The position numbers and the translations under genes are program-made. DNA of 64,000 nt from NCBI RefSeq assembly GCF_009914755.1, contig NC_060940.1. One strand, written 5' to 3'. Source of the DNA: the human T2T-CHM13v2.0 reference genome, Homo sapiens. Shown here piece by piece: positions 41,846-55,661 of the stretch (positions are counted from its first letter, which is position 1; the number at the start of each line of letters is the position of its first letter). The notes beneath the pieces were generated by a model. The model saw only the letters and a list, made by a program, of their open reading frames with translations. It ran no database searches and was not told where the DNA came from.

Positions 41846-42397
41846 TGTCAGAGGCATTTGAGCCAGAGCAACTGTAACTTGAATAGAAGCTCGGTAAAAT
41901 AAGGTTGAGACCTACTGGGCTGCATTCCCAGACGATTAAGGCATTCTATGCCACAGGATGAGATAGGAGGTCGACACAAGACCCAGGTCATAAAGACCTT
42001 GCTGATAAAAACAGGTTCCAGTAAGGAAGCTGGCTAAAACCCACCAAAACCAAGATGGCCATGAGAGTGACCTCTAGTTGTCCTCCCTGCTACACTCCCA
42101 TTAGCACCATGACAGTTTACAAATGCCATGGCAACGTCAGAAAGTTACCCTATATGGTCTAAAAGGCAGGGGACATGAATAATCCACCCCTTGTTTAGCG
42201 TATCGTCAAGAAATAACCATAAAAATGGGCAACCAGCAGCCTTCGGGGCTGCGCTAGGGAATAGCCACTCTTTTGTTCCTTTACTTTCCTAATAAACTTG
42301 CTTTCACTTTACTCTTTGGACTCACCCTGAATTCTTTCTTGCGCGCGATCCAAGAACCCTGTCTTGGGGTCTGGATCGGGGCCCCTTTCCTGTAACA
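41846..42397 (+). mobile_element. MER41 solo LTR (MER41A-like) inserted in an antisense MIR
   Basis: tgtcagaggcatttgagccagagcaact...cccctttcctgtaaca; lacks the tandem TTCCGGGAA block of MER41B; imperfect TSD cctt/tctt. Confidence 0.88.
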
Positions 42398-42714
42398 TCT
42401 TTGATATGGTTTGGGCTATCTTCACATGTATTGTTTATTCCCATTTTATATATACTGAAACTGAGGCTCACAGGAGTTACTTTACTAGGAATGCCCAGTT
42501 TACACATGGTTAAGGTGAGAGCTCAACCCAGATTAGTTTGATGTTAAAGCCTCTGTACTTAACCATCAAATTTTCTGCCTTTCTAGAAACTTGCCCATGT
42601 TTTTTAAAAACAAGTCAAGGAACATTTCTTACTCAGGCTTTTTGAAGGCAAGTCCATTTTCTAGAAGCTTTCTATCCCCACTTCTGGTGAATATCAGGCT
42701 ACCTTGTTTGCCCT

Positions 42715-42960
42715 CAGATCATTCATTCATTCAAATTACATTTACTTATCAAATATTTATAAAGTTTATACCACATGTCAAGCACTGTTCTAGGCATTAA
42801 GGATACAGCAGTGAAAAACACAACAAGACCCCTGCTCTTAAACAGGAGTAAGATGGAAAATATACAAGTAAATGAAGAAGCTAAACAAGAAAATTTGATG
42901 AGAAAGATTAGCTATAAAAGAAACAAATAGAATGATGTGGCAGTTTATGTTTAGTTACTA
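42715..42960 (-). mobile_element. L2 3' end relic (part of the donor of the 225-bp duplicate)
   Basis: tcattcattcattcaa...aagcactgttctaggcattaaggatacagcagtgaa. Confidence 0.75.
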
Positions 42961-43449
42961 ATTTTAACATAATTCATGTTTTCATTTGATCTATAAACCT
43001 TATAAAATGTTCCATTACATTAGGCTATGGCTTGGTGCCTGAATTCTGAATGCTCTCCTAACAGACAACTTTTGTGTGTTTTACCAGGGAAGAATTAGAG
43101 CACTGATAAATTTTAATTAGTCGAATTCACTTGTGGTCTGATAAGTCTTAATGTCATTCAAGAGAGAATTTCCAAGCACATGGATTGTTGCTAACACCTC
43201 TTGCAGTGTCATGACATTGAGCAAGTTTAGTAGTTCTTGAGCTATACGAGCTTTAATTCCAGAATATGTGATACCATCTATTTGAGTCGACTTCACAGAT
43301 TGAGGAGTTCTACACAAGTCTTCATTAAAAATGGCTGAGATTATGCTTAAATGGATATCGCGAAGTAGTGTAAATTGAAGTTCATGTAAATGAAAGAAAC
43401 ATGTTCTTATCTTCAATCAAACATTTTTCTATCCAGTGTTAGCCTTGGG

Positions 43450-43668
43450 CAATAGTTTTTACCAGGGCGATTTCATCCCCCAGGGTACATTTGATAAAGT
43501 CTAGAGACATTTTTGATTTTCACAACTTGCAGTGGGGGAGGGTGAGTACAGGGATCGCCCAAGTGGGCGGAAGCCAGGAATGCTTCTTAACATCTAGCAA
43601 TGCAGAGGACAGCTACCCACAACAAAGAATAATTAAAATTTCAATAGTTCTGAGATTGAGACACACTG
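43450..43668 (+). mobile_element. MER20 (hAT-Charlie MITE)
   Basis: gggcgatttcatcccccagggtacatttg...tctagagacatttttg...cacaacaaagaataatt...gagattgagacacactg. Confidence 0.8.
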
Positions 43669-44076
43669 GGCTACAGAATGTTTGACCTCTTTTGAGACCA
43701 AGAGTCTGGAAGACCACCTTGCACATAAAAATCTAAAATTCTACATAGAACTGAGAGGACTCAGCTGCGTGTACACTGTCAGAAGAACAAGAAGCCATGA
43801 ACCCATAAAAGGCGTTGACTAATCCTTTAGCAGATTGAAAATGATCCCTCCCAAATCACCAACAGACCTCAGAAGCTGATTAAAATCTGTAGTGAGGGAA
43901 TCATTGCATCCTGGAGAAATCTATGGTAACTTGCTGAGGATGAAGCATTGCAAAATCCAGCCAGGAGCTACCTGAAAAATGGGGCTGAATCTGCAGAATG
44001 TTAACAAGTGCATTTAACAAATGGTTTTCTACTCTTTCTCCACTTACTCCCTTCTCTTCCTCCTCTCCAAATTCAG

Positions 44077-44112
44077 AGGGCTGGGGATGCCGGGAGATAA
44101 TCAAAGTGGAAG
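44077..44112 (+). other. candidate 36-nt micro-exon
   Basis: ~45-nt polypyrimidine tract then CAG acceptor at 44074-44076; donor AAG|GTAAGA. Confidence 0.35.
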
Positions 44113-44479
44113 GTAAGACGGGGTGGAAGAAAAGGAAAAGAAAAATCATCTTTGAATCTTGTTCGCTACACCCTGGATGGGAGGAAGGTGAGGAAAAAGA
44201 AGGGTCAGGGTCGGGGGCCGCGGAGGGGAGGATCTTGCGCCTATGGCCCCTTTTCTTCCTCCAAACCCTTCTCTGTATCCATCTCTGGCTTTTCCTTGTG
44301 AGATTCACAGAATAAAATATCAGAGGAGAGGGAAATTAGAGATTTTCTTACCCAGTATTTCCCCAAATATGAAACAAACTACTTGTGGCACAGAGACGAA
44401 TGTAGATGATTTGCGGCATGAAGTGGTATTTGAGAGAACTATTTGATGGCAATTATCAAGAATTTTTGACCTTCTTTTT

Positions 44480-44850
44480 CCCTCTGCCTGAAATGCTCTT
44501 CCCCAGATCTTTATATATACTGACTTCTCATCTTTCAGGTTTTAGCTCAAAAGCCTCCAAGAGATCTTTCCTGAGCACCTTAGCAAAAGCAGTGCAACAC
44601 TTCCATACACATACACAACCCTCTGGATTTCATTACCTTAGTTTGCTTTCTTTGTAGCACTTCCCACTATCTGAAATCTTATTATTTATTTACTTATTTT
44701 GTTGCCCATCTTCCCTTCCCTTGCCCTCTAAGAATCAAGTACCATAAAGATAAGTACCATCTTTATCATGCTTAAAGCTGCACAGGCTCAAAGGACTCAC
44801 AGCTGAGTCTGGAACATAGTAGGGTCTCAGTATAAATCTGCTGAAATCAA
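44480..44850 (+). mobile_element. L2 relic
   Basis: ccctctgcctgaaatgctcttcccc...ctggaacatagtagggtctcag. Confidence 0.7.
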
Positions 44851-45846
44851 TTACTTTTTATCTTCCCAATTAAGTTTGGTGCACTCCTTACAGCTAAACA
44901 AATTCTCTCTTGAAGGGAGATGATGCCGCACATCTCCAAGATCGCCATGCTCAGTTTCTGAATTCACAAAGTGCAGGGACTGACAGGGGAGGTGAAAAGG
45001 GAAGAATAGGGAAAGAAAAATGCAGGATCCATAAAGACAAGCAGAAGTCAGAGGCGTACGGAGTTCCAGACTTTAAGGAAACTCACCCAGCCTGCCCCAG
45101 GTGACAGGGATTTTGTAGTTTCAGTGAAAGACCTTGAGTCAGTGGGAGTCCCGGCAAGACAGTGGCTCACCCACTGCCTTGAAAATCTGCCGAAGCCTGG
45201 AGGCATGGGTGCGTGGAATATTTGCTAACTGACATTCAGTGTCTCATTGCCTCACTCTGGGATCCTGAGACCTGCAATTTCCACCAACTGTGAGGAAGCC
45301 TTCCAGAGCCCAGAGGGGATTTTCCAGCAGAGGCAGCCCTCAGATGAAGACGAAAATCTTTCTTTGGAAAGGGCTGTTTACTGATTCAGAAGACAGGACT
45401 GAGGCATCAGAAGCACCGAGCCTATTCCATTCTCTCCCATACTACTCAGAGAAAACCACCAAGGGTTCTTGTAGAGTGCCATAAGGAGTTAAGCACAGTC
45501 GCCATCAGAAACACCTATTGTGGACCAGGTTGTGCGTACATGCACATACATGCGACTACGTGTACCTAAATAGATACACAGTAACACATGTGTGCAAACA
45601 TATCTTTTTAATTATTCACAGTGTCTCTCCTCCATCTCATTCCAAAAGGGATTTGAGGTGTCTTATGCAAAAGTCACATATATTATGAGGAGTAAAATGA
45701 GAATAAGAGGAGGGCACAGTTCCGAGCAGCAGGAAAGTCTCTGGGCCAACCATGTGCCCATTCTCCAAGACAAGTGTGTCTTAGGAAAAACAAGTGTTGT
45801 TTAAAGGAAGTGGCTGTAGGCAATGTGAGGTCTGGCATCAGACACA

Positions 45847-46044
45847 AGCAGTTCTCCTGCCTCAGCCTCCTGAGTAGCTGGGACTACAGGTGCGCATCAC
45901 CATGCTCAGCTACATTTTGTATTTTTAGTAGAGATGGGGTTTCACCATGTTGGCCAGGCTGGTCTCGAACTCCTGACCTCATGATATGCCTGCCTTGGCC
46001 TCCCAAAGTACTGGGATTACAGATGTGAGCCACCGTGCCCAGTC
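45847..46044 (-). mobile_element. AluS fragment lacking its 3' ~90 bp and tail
   Basis: begins abruptly at aagcagttctcctgcctcagcc. Confidence 0.88.
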
Positions 46045-47219
46045 AGCTTTTTACTATGTTAAAACATAATAAAACATTTATTAAACTGCTATGCACAGGT
46101 TTCTCGATAAAGTCCCTGCTTATAAGGAAGCTGGCAAATCTTCTCAATTAGTCTGCAGCTGTATTTTGGGATGCGCGTCCTCTGGAAAGAACTCAGGATA
46201 ACTGTGGGTCAGGTACCCAGACCTTTACCATGCATCCCCTCAACAAACAACACTGTGGGATCATAGTGTCCACTGCACAGAAAGAAGACTGAGACTCAAA
46301 TTGTACGAAAGGTTTGCCTAGGCTCTCACAGCTAGTATGTTGTAGGACATGGACTTGAATTTAACGATTCTAAATCTCATGCTTCTACCTCCCTTCTCTT
46401 TTCTTGCAAGTCTGTCTGAGCCAAAGGATCTGCCTTATATCGCAAATCAGGTCTAAAGTGGTGTTTGCTAAATCTTCATTCTCTGGAATGAGCCCAGCCC
46501 TCAGTCCTGGGAGTGCTGAGTCCTCAGTAACTAGTTCTGGAAGCTGCAACAGCCTAATCTCTCACTCCTGACTTTTCCATAGAAACATCTATAGTTCCTC
46601 CACAGCTGCGAAGCTCTCACTGGGTGGCCTTTCACTCCATTATATCACTCAGTGAGCCTACTCAGGGCAACCATGGTTATCTCACCTTGGAGCCTGAGTT
46701 TCAGACGGAGCTAAATCTTTAGGTCAGAATTACCTCTCCCTACCACACTGCTATCTCTTAGCTCTCTCTTAGCTCAAATATAAGGCAGAGAATGTTTTGT
46801 GTAGGCATCACTCAGGTTAGCAAGGTGTTTACACTCCGCGAAGCGTGTAGCAGCTAAGATCAATTGAGAACCCCTGATTTGTGTGTCCTATTTAATACTC
46901 ACTCCAAGTGTATATGTTCCCTGAGCAACGTGTCAGGAGAAACCATTAGAACTCTTTAACTCCGTGTGCCTCTCTCTCTCTCTCTGAACTGCATAGTTGA
47001 ATCACCATACATTATATGCATTTCATTATGGGCAAAGCATTTGCCTAGGGATGGAGCCCTCATTTAGAGTTTGACCATCTCAATCCACTTTTGGGGCTTC
47101 TTTTCCACCTATACTCTTAAGTGTTTTCTGAGAATTTCTTGTGGTATTCTGTACTCCTCCTTTGCTGAAGACTATCTGGGACCTCAGTCATATCCCCAGT
47201 CTTGCCCCTTTTATGTTCT

Positions 47220-47510
47220 GATGACTTTCAGATCTGCGCTTTTACCCAGAATTCTCAGCTGAGTTCAGGCGTCATATATCTCGCTGCCTCTTGGGGTGTA
47301 CCCCACAGAATTTAAACTCAGAGGCTCACCTTAGCAGTCATTACCCTCTGTGCAACCTATCACCCCAAACGAAGGCTTCCTCCTTCATTCTAAGCACCCA
47401 GGCCAGAAAACGGGAACTACGCCAGCCTCTCTTGACCATTCTTCCTTTACAGCCCATCCAAACAGGTTCTGTAGATTTTGCCTCCTGAAAATCTATGGGA
47501 TTCATTCTGT
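47220..47510 (+). mobile_element. L2 relic
   Basis: cccagaattctcagctgagttcagg...caggccagaaaacggg...tctgtagattttgcctcctgaaaat. Confidence 0.55.
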
Positions 47511-47669
47511 CTTGGTTGCTGTGATAAAACAGAATTGTGATATAACAGCTTAAGAGCAGACATGAGCTATTTTCATATGATTTTGAATTCTTGGTTCCTA
47601 GACATAAAAATCTGACTAATGGATAACATAATCATTAAGAGAATGAACACAGGAGAGAAAATGTGCATT

Positions 47670-48435
<766 letters not shown>

Positions 48436-49669
48436 ATATATACCCAATAATGGGTTTCTAGTCTCACAAAGAGCACAAGGGTTTTAGTGATATAGTTTCC
48501 TAAACATAGAGATTCTAGATAGCTTTTCCTATCAATTTTATTCCTTGGGAACCTATGGCTGATTAATTGACATACATCTCAAGCCAATCTTAAAAATTTG
48601 ATTACTGCACCTTCTCTGCTGTCTCTTATGATGACCAAGCCCTCTCTCCTTTCGGTAATTAACTACACCATATGGGTCTAGCTATCTGGACTCATTTCTC
48701 CCCACTGAGTTCAGGGAGCCTATATCATTGGCATCCCTTGTTTTTGAGGTTAGCCAATAAAATGTTATGCATGAGTGTGTGTATTTTGTCAGTTCATTGC
48801 TTCGTTTTTGCAGCCTTTCATTCACTCATTTATTTGTTTAATAACATTAATTGAATGTTGACTTTTAAAGATCCTGCTTTAAATTTATTTTGAAAGTTTT
48901 TAGCTCCTTTTTTTTCCTATTTTCTCTCACTCCCCTAGCAGAGTAAGGCAATTCCCCAGGGCCATAGTAGCTTTTCTTGCCATTCCTCCCTCACCACCCC
49001 CTCCTTCTGCAATTCAGAGTAGAGGCATACAATGCACTTTATGAAGGACACAGGATAATAACAAAATCGCTGATAATGCTAAAGATAGCTTTTAATGAAT
49101 CTTGTTTCTGGGTATTATTGGAAGCATTTTTGCTGGCAAGGGAGACCTTTTCAAGCTCCAAGAGTTTCACATTTGGAGACTTTTACAGCATTGGGAGGGT
49201 TGTTTAGTATTGGCTGAAAAAACATTTCCTTTGACAAGAGCTAGATCTAATTTGTTAAACTGGTTGCTTTTGTTTTTCTGGTTCTATTATTTTTTAAAAA
49301 TCTGTACACTTTCCTGGATGCAAAAATAGCCGAGGTGCATTTAATTTTTTTTTTTTTTTTTTTTTACTCCCTTGACTGTTGACAGCCTGTGCTGTTGAGT
49401 GCAGAAATGAAGCCTGTTTTCTTATTAAAATGCACTGAGTTTCCAAGGTAGGCACTGGGGGTTTGCAGGTGCACTGCCTCATTTACAGGGGATTCTATTG
49501 GGATGGGGCTGGATCACACAGCCCTTGGACCCCTTGCTGAGTCATCTCAATAGTAACCTTTCACTCATGCTTCCTGAATACCTCTTGGGTGCCAACTGCT
49601 TTGACATTGTGACTTAATGAAGGGATAAATGTCATTATGCTACCTTTTGTAGATGAAGTCACTGAATCT

Positions 49670-50250
49670 CACTCATTCTTTTATTCATTAATTCAATAAA
49701 TATTAGTTGGGGACCCACTATGTGCCAGACATCATTCTAGATTCTGGCAATGTAGCAGTGAACAAATAAATGAAAAATCCTTGCCCACGATAAGCTTAAA
49801 TTTTAATAAGATGAGCCAGAAATCAAATAATAAATACAGATGACTTCTCATAGTGGCAAGAGCTATGGAAAAATAGCAAAGAAATTGATAGGGAAACTGG
49901 GGGTTGCAATTATATGGAAAAGGGGCTTTACTAAAATGATAGCATTAGAATAAAGACTTGAGGGACATGAGAGAGTTGGTGATACAGATATCTGGGGGTA
50001 GGGAAGGGGCATTTTTAGACAGAAAAAATGTAAGTGCAAAGGCACTGGAGCCAGAATGCTTAACATGTGGGAAAAGCAGCAGAGACCAGAGAGACGGGAG
50101 CAAAATGAACAAGGCAGAAAGTGCAAGAGAGTGGAGTCAGCGAGGTGATTCAGGTTCTGCAAGGGTGTCGAGGACACTGCAAAGATGTTGGCTTTGATGC
50201 TGAGAGTATGAGAGGCATCCGAGGGTTTTAACGGAGTAATATGACTTGAC
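49670..50250 (-). mobile_element. L2 relic
   Basis: attcaataaatattag...ctatgtgccagacatcattctag...gcaaaggcactggag. Confidence 0.78.
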
Positions 50251-50499
50251 CTGCACAGTCTGCAGCTGAGACTCAGTCCTCTCCATCCAAAAGCTAGTGC
50301 GTTTTCCTGTATTCTGACACTACTTCCTTCTCTTAAATTTCAGTATAATTTTTTGTGTATGTACCTGTCTGTCCCATGAGACTGTGGCTCCTCCAGAGTA
50401 CAGGTTGATCTTCTGAGCATATTCTCTAGTTCTGACATGAGGCAAGTACTCAGCAAAGACTTACAGAAAAGACCATTTGTATACCTAGGAAAAGAAAGG

Positions 50500-50849
50500 G
50501 AAGGCTTGATTATAAAAAGAATATAATAAAATAATGTATTTTGCAGCAACATAGATAGATCTGGATATCTTAAGTGAAATAAGCCAGAAACAGAAAGAGA
50601 AATATTACACATTATCACACATAAATAGATGTTAAAATGTGTACATGTGACAGAGAGTGGAATAACAGACAACAGAGACTCAGAAGGGTGAAGGGATGGG
50701 AGGGGGTGGAGGATAAGAAATTACTTAATGGGTAAAATGTATGTTATTCCAGAGATGGATACCCTAAAAGCCCTGGCTTGACCACTAGGCAATCTCCATG
50801 TGACACCAAATTGCACTTGTACCCCATACATATATATAAATTTTAAAAA
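50500..50849 (+). mobile_element. L1PB4/L1MA-type 3' end
   Basis: gagactcagaagggtgaaggg...aaattacttaatgggta...ccctaaaagccctggcttgaccact...gcacttgtacccc. Confidence 0.85.
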
Positions 50850-52062
50850 GCAGACTTCAAAATTGGTTTTATAAAATAAGGAGGAGAAAACAAGCAAAAT
50901 ATAATTGTAAAATATGTGCACATATTCTTTCCTTTCTATGTGTTTCCTTTCAGTGTTTTTCACCTGCAGACAAAATTCAGACCAATAATAATCTCAGGGT
51001 AATCGTTTTGTATTAGTCATTTTAAATTTAATATTGGAACCTAAGCATTTTCCAACATTTCTATAGATCTTTTCTACCAAGCTTTTAAACAACTGATCAA
51101 TATATCTTTATAATGCTGTGTCATAATTCACTACCAGTTCAATTTTTGGCCATTTAGAAGCCTTCCAGGTAGGCGTATTTTGTTTCTTTTTGTTAATATA
51201 GGTAATCCAGCAAAGAACATCTTCATGCATGTAGCTTTTTAATTTTGTTGTCTTCTTTTCTCAGGCTACATTCCTAGAAGTGAGATTCTCAGATCAAAGG
51301 GTATCAATGCGGAGTACTTACTCTTTGGAACTTTCATTTCAATTTCCAATAATTACTGGAATAATTAGTGCAATTGTCATTACATGCATTGATCCCAGTA
51401 TTGCCTTTCCAGTTCAGGCAGATGAAATTGCCTTGATTCTTTCTATATTCTAAGAGTGCTAAGGGTAAAGGAAGCAGACATTATATGATAATAGTAAAAT
51501 CTATTCTTTGCCCAACATCTAATTCTGCATCATTTTTCGTTTAATCTTTACAATAGCCCTCACTGGCATTGAACAAATGCTCTTGTTCATATTGAATGAG
51601 GGAGGAAACCAAGCCACAAGAGATCCATAACTTGCCCACAATCCCACATGCAGATGAGAGATTCAACCCCGGCTCTGTCAGACTCTTTCCTTTATGTCAC
51701 AATTCAGCCCATGAGTGAAGCAGTGTCTCTTCCATCAAGGTGTCCTCAACTTAGTGTGGGAGAGGCTGTGTTGGTATAAATATGATCACAATGAGTTACA
51801 GTACGGATATGCTAAAGGATCAGAGGTCGCACCCAATGTGACAATCATTAGATCTGTCACGGTGGGGCAGAAAAGACTTCACAAAAGAGGTGACAGTGGA
51901 GAATAGGAATTTTCCAAATAGAGAAAATGTGAGAAGACATTTCAGAAAAAGGAATATTGTGTGTTTGTACCCTTGCCTGTTTTTGTGTTTTGCTCTTTAG
52001 AGTTTCCCTGAGTGGGGCGCTATCGACATTTTGAATAGGCTGGTTTCAGGGTGGGTCTGTAG

Positions 52063-52543
52063 CAGGGATCCCCAGTCCCCTGTTAGGTTCCTGTTGGTAA
52101 CCAGGCCACACAGCAGGAGGTGAGCAGCAGGCAAGCTGTATTGTATGCCGCTCCCCATCACTTGCATTATTGCCTGAGCTCCACCTCTTGTCAGACCAAC
52201 AGCAGCATTAGCTTCTCATGGGAGCATGAACCCTATTGTGAACTGTACATGTGAGGGATCAACGTTGCAGGCTCCTTATGAGAATCTAATGCTTGATGAT
52301 CTGTCACTTTCTCCCATCACCACCAGATGGGACCGTTTAGTTTCAGGAAAACAACCTCAGGGGTCCCACTGATTCTACATTACAGTGAGTTATATACTTA
52401 TTTCATTATATGTTACAATGTAATAACAGTAGAAATAAAGTGCACAATAAATGTCATGTGCTTGAATCATCCCCAAATCATCTCCCTCCCTGGTCCATAG
52501 AAAAATTGTCTCCCACAAAATCAGTCTCTGCTGCCAAAAGGGT
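52063..52543 (+). mobile_element. MER1A (hAT-Charlie)
   Basis: ggccacacagcaggaggtgagc...gaaccctattgtgaactg...tatgagaatctaatg...gaaataaagtgcacaataaatg...tgccaaaaggg. Confidence 0.88.
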
Positions 52544-53919
52544 ATACCTTAGGAGAGACCTAATGTCCTTTGACCATACACACTAAATATTATAGCACAC
52601 ACAGGTCATGTGATAATCGTGCTCCCACACATTTCCAAAAGCCCTCTAGGGGTTTGAGAACACTACAAATGAATAAGTTTGGACTTTTGTATCCAAATCA
52701 TCTGCAAGTTGCTTTGTAGATGAGAAGATGTCTATGTGAGATGTGGGTTGGAGGTGGGAGATGGTAACAGCCTGTGTCTAAATGGAGGATCCATTGTGTA
52801 TCTAAGTGTGTGTGCGTGCCCCTGAGTGTGTGAGTGCATCAGTCACTGTGTGCCTCTAGGCCTGACTTTCGCTCAGACTGTGGTTCATAGACAACATCAT
52901 GGAGTCATTTGAAGCAGCACACAGATGTGCATACAGTCAGTCACACAGTGGGGTCACTCAAACAAGGAACCTCACCTTAGAGACTAATAGCTGCATAAAG
53001 CCATACTCACATGGCCAATCACACACCTGACAGGTTGCACGCAAAGTCATACACACACAGAATCAGCATCCTTTTTAATGCCCAGATTCTCAGCCAGACT
53101 CAGGCACCAGCACAAAGAGTACCTGCATTCTGCATTCGAATCACACACACACACACACACAGAGCCCCCAAGGCAGGCTCTGTGTAGGTTCCAACCCCCG
53201 GAGGAACAAGAACTACAAACAGATTCTACAGAACAACACTCAAAGAGAAGCTCGAGTCCTGTTGTGCTGTGGGTGACCTTGAAAATGTTGCTTCTAATCC
53301 TCTGTTTAGAAAACTGAAAGGGTTTACATTGAATGATGGGACAAAGGGAAAGACCAAACCACAGAGACTGGGACTACTTGCCACTTGGATTCAGAGAAAA
53401 CTCTTGAATTCAGGCTCCTGATGAGAAAACATCCCCCATGAAGACAGTCTGCTCTCCTCCCTGTGCCCAGCCCTGGTTCCTCTACACCCTCACAGGGTTT
53501 CAGACTCACTTCGTGTCACTTCTAACATCTAACAGTGCATCTTGGGAAATCCAGAGGAATCTTGCCTTCTGCTTACAACTCTTTAACTGAACCAATACTC
53601 GTGTGCTCTGAAGGTGCATTTCTGGATTTTCTTTCACAAGCGGCTAAAGTATCCAATTATCATTGCATTTTGATTATTCACAATCAGAAGAATAGATGTT
53701 CCAAACGAGAAATAATCTCTATATCTTTTATGTTAAACTTGAAAATAACATGTCCCCAGTTGGATAGAGAGTCAAATAAACTTTGTTCACACACAAACAC
53801 TCAGATTCATTCAAAAGGTCTGGCAAAGCAGCACATGGAGATACTCTCAGAAACCCATTCCCTCAGCCCCACCAATGATGCAGCACATAAGGGAGACCCC
53901 AGTGCCCAGACACACATAG

Positions 53920-54363
<444 letters not shown>

Positions 54364-54422
54364 TGGCTTTCGCTTTTATAGGCGGTCTCATAAAATCAAC
54401 AGAATGGCCAATGCATTGGTGG

Positions 54423-54894
54423 TGAGGTAGGAGGTGGGACTTGACTCCAGAGGTGGGGCTCAAACTTCTGACCAGATTGAAGACCAGCTGAAACAAAGAA
54501 GAGACTAAAGCACCTCTCCATAAGATGCACCCACCAGTGCCATGTTAGTTTACAATTGCCATGGCAACACTCAGAAGTTACTGCCCCTTTTCATAGCAAC
54601 GACCAAAGTTACCACCCCTATTCTAGAAACTTCTGAATATCCCTTTCCTTAATTTGCATGTAATTAAAAGTGGGTATAAATATGACTGCAGCCCTGCTTC
54701 TATACTGCTACTCTGGGCATACTGCCTATGGGGTAGCCCTGCTCTGCAAGGAGCGATATCGCTGCTGCTGCTGTACACTGCTGCTTCCGTAAAAGTTGCT
54801 GACACCACTGGCTCACCCTTGAATTCTTTTCTGGGCAAAGCAAAGAACCCTCCCATGCTAAGCCCCAATTTTGGGGCTCACCTGTCCTGCATCA
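54423..54894 (+). mobile_element. ERV1 solo LTR, MER66-like
   Basis: tgaggtaggaggtgggacttgactcc...cctgtcctgcatca; TATA gggtataaata; exact TSD gtgg at 54419-54422 and 54895-54898. Confidence 0.8.
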
Positions 54895-55117
54895 GTGGGA
54901 GTTGATAGCAACCATCTCAAAATATCCTCTAAAATAAATGATAATTTGGAGATATCAGAAAATTAAACCTCATTCACAGTGGCAAGGAAGCAAAGCCATA
55001 TCAGAAGACATTCTGCAACAAAGAGAGTGACAATTTGTAAAATGTTTTCTCCCTTCCCTTTAAGCAATTCTTTGTGAGCCTATTTGACTGAAGGACTATG
55101 TTTTCTTCCAAAGTCTT

Positions 55118-55204
55118 TGTTGTTGTTAATTTGTGGACATAATGTTGTTGATTTGTGGACAAATTGTTGTTGTTAATTTGAGTTGTTAATTTGTGGACAC
55201 AATG
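55118..55204. repeat. short imperfect tandem array of ~tgttgttaatttgtggaca units
   Basis: about 3.5 irregular copies directly visible. Confidence 0.85.
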
Positions 55205-55586
55205 AGAGAGAAGAGATACTCAGCAGTGGCTCCATGTGCCCAGATCTTGCTGGGAAAGCCTCTCAGGGTCATTTTTCCTGCTGAGAGCTGAGGCTGTGGT
55301 TAGCACTGGCCCTGTTACACCTTCCCTCAATCACTTATCAGAGAGGAAAGGGCCTGACAGAACTGAACTGGGTACATGGGGAGGGAGGAGAGAGATGTAT
55401 CTTGGTAGAGAGATAGAGAGAAAGAGAAGCACAGAGAGAGAAAAAAAAAAGAAGAAGGTGGGGAAGAAATAATATGGGAGATGGAAAGAGAGGCAGAAAG
55501 TGAAAGAATAGACTCTATGCATGTGAATTACTCATGAGACAAAGACAACATGTTTATGAAAAAAGATCACAGTATGAGAGAAAACC

Positions 55587-55661
55587 TGTGTGTGTGTGCA
55601 TGTGTGGTGCGCGTGTGTGTGTGTACGTGTGTGTGTGTGTGTCCACGCACACATACACATA
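55587..55661. repeat. (TG)n then (CA)n microsatellite
   Basis: directly visible. Confidence 0.85.

Noticed and set aside
41846-42397. MER41 as an interferon-inducible STAT1 enhancer
   Set aside because: This copy lacks the tandem TTCCGGGAA GAS block that confers that activity in MER41B.
44737-44766. aagtaccat direct repeat with small inverted repeat as a repair scar
   Set aside because: It lines up with the expected L2 3' motif (aagctccatgagggcagggacc) without extra length, so it is probably chance divergence.
45323-45337. CTCF-like ccagcagaggcagc
   Set aside because: It is one base short of the core spacing and too weak to call.
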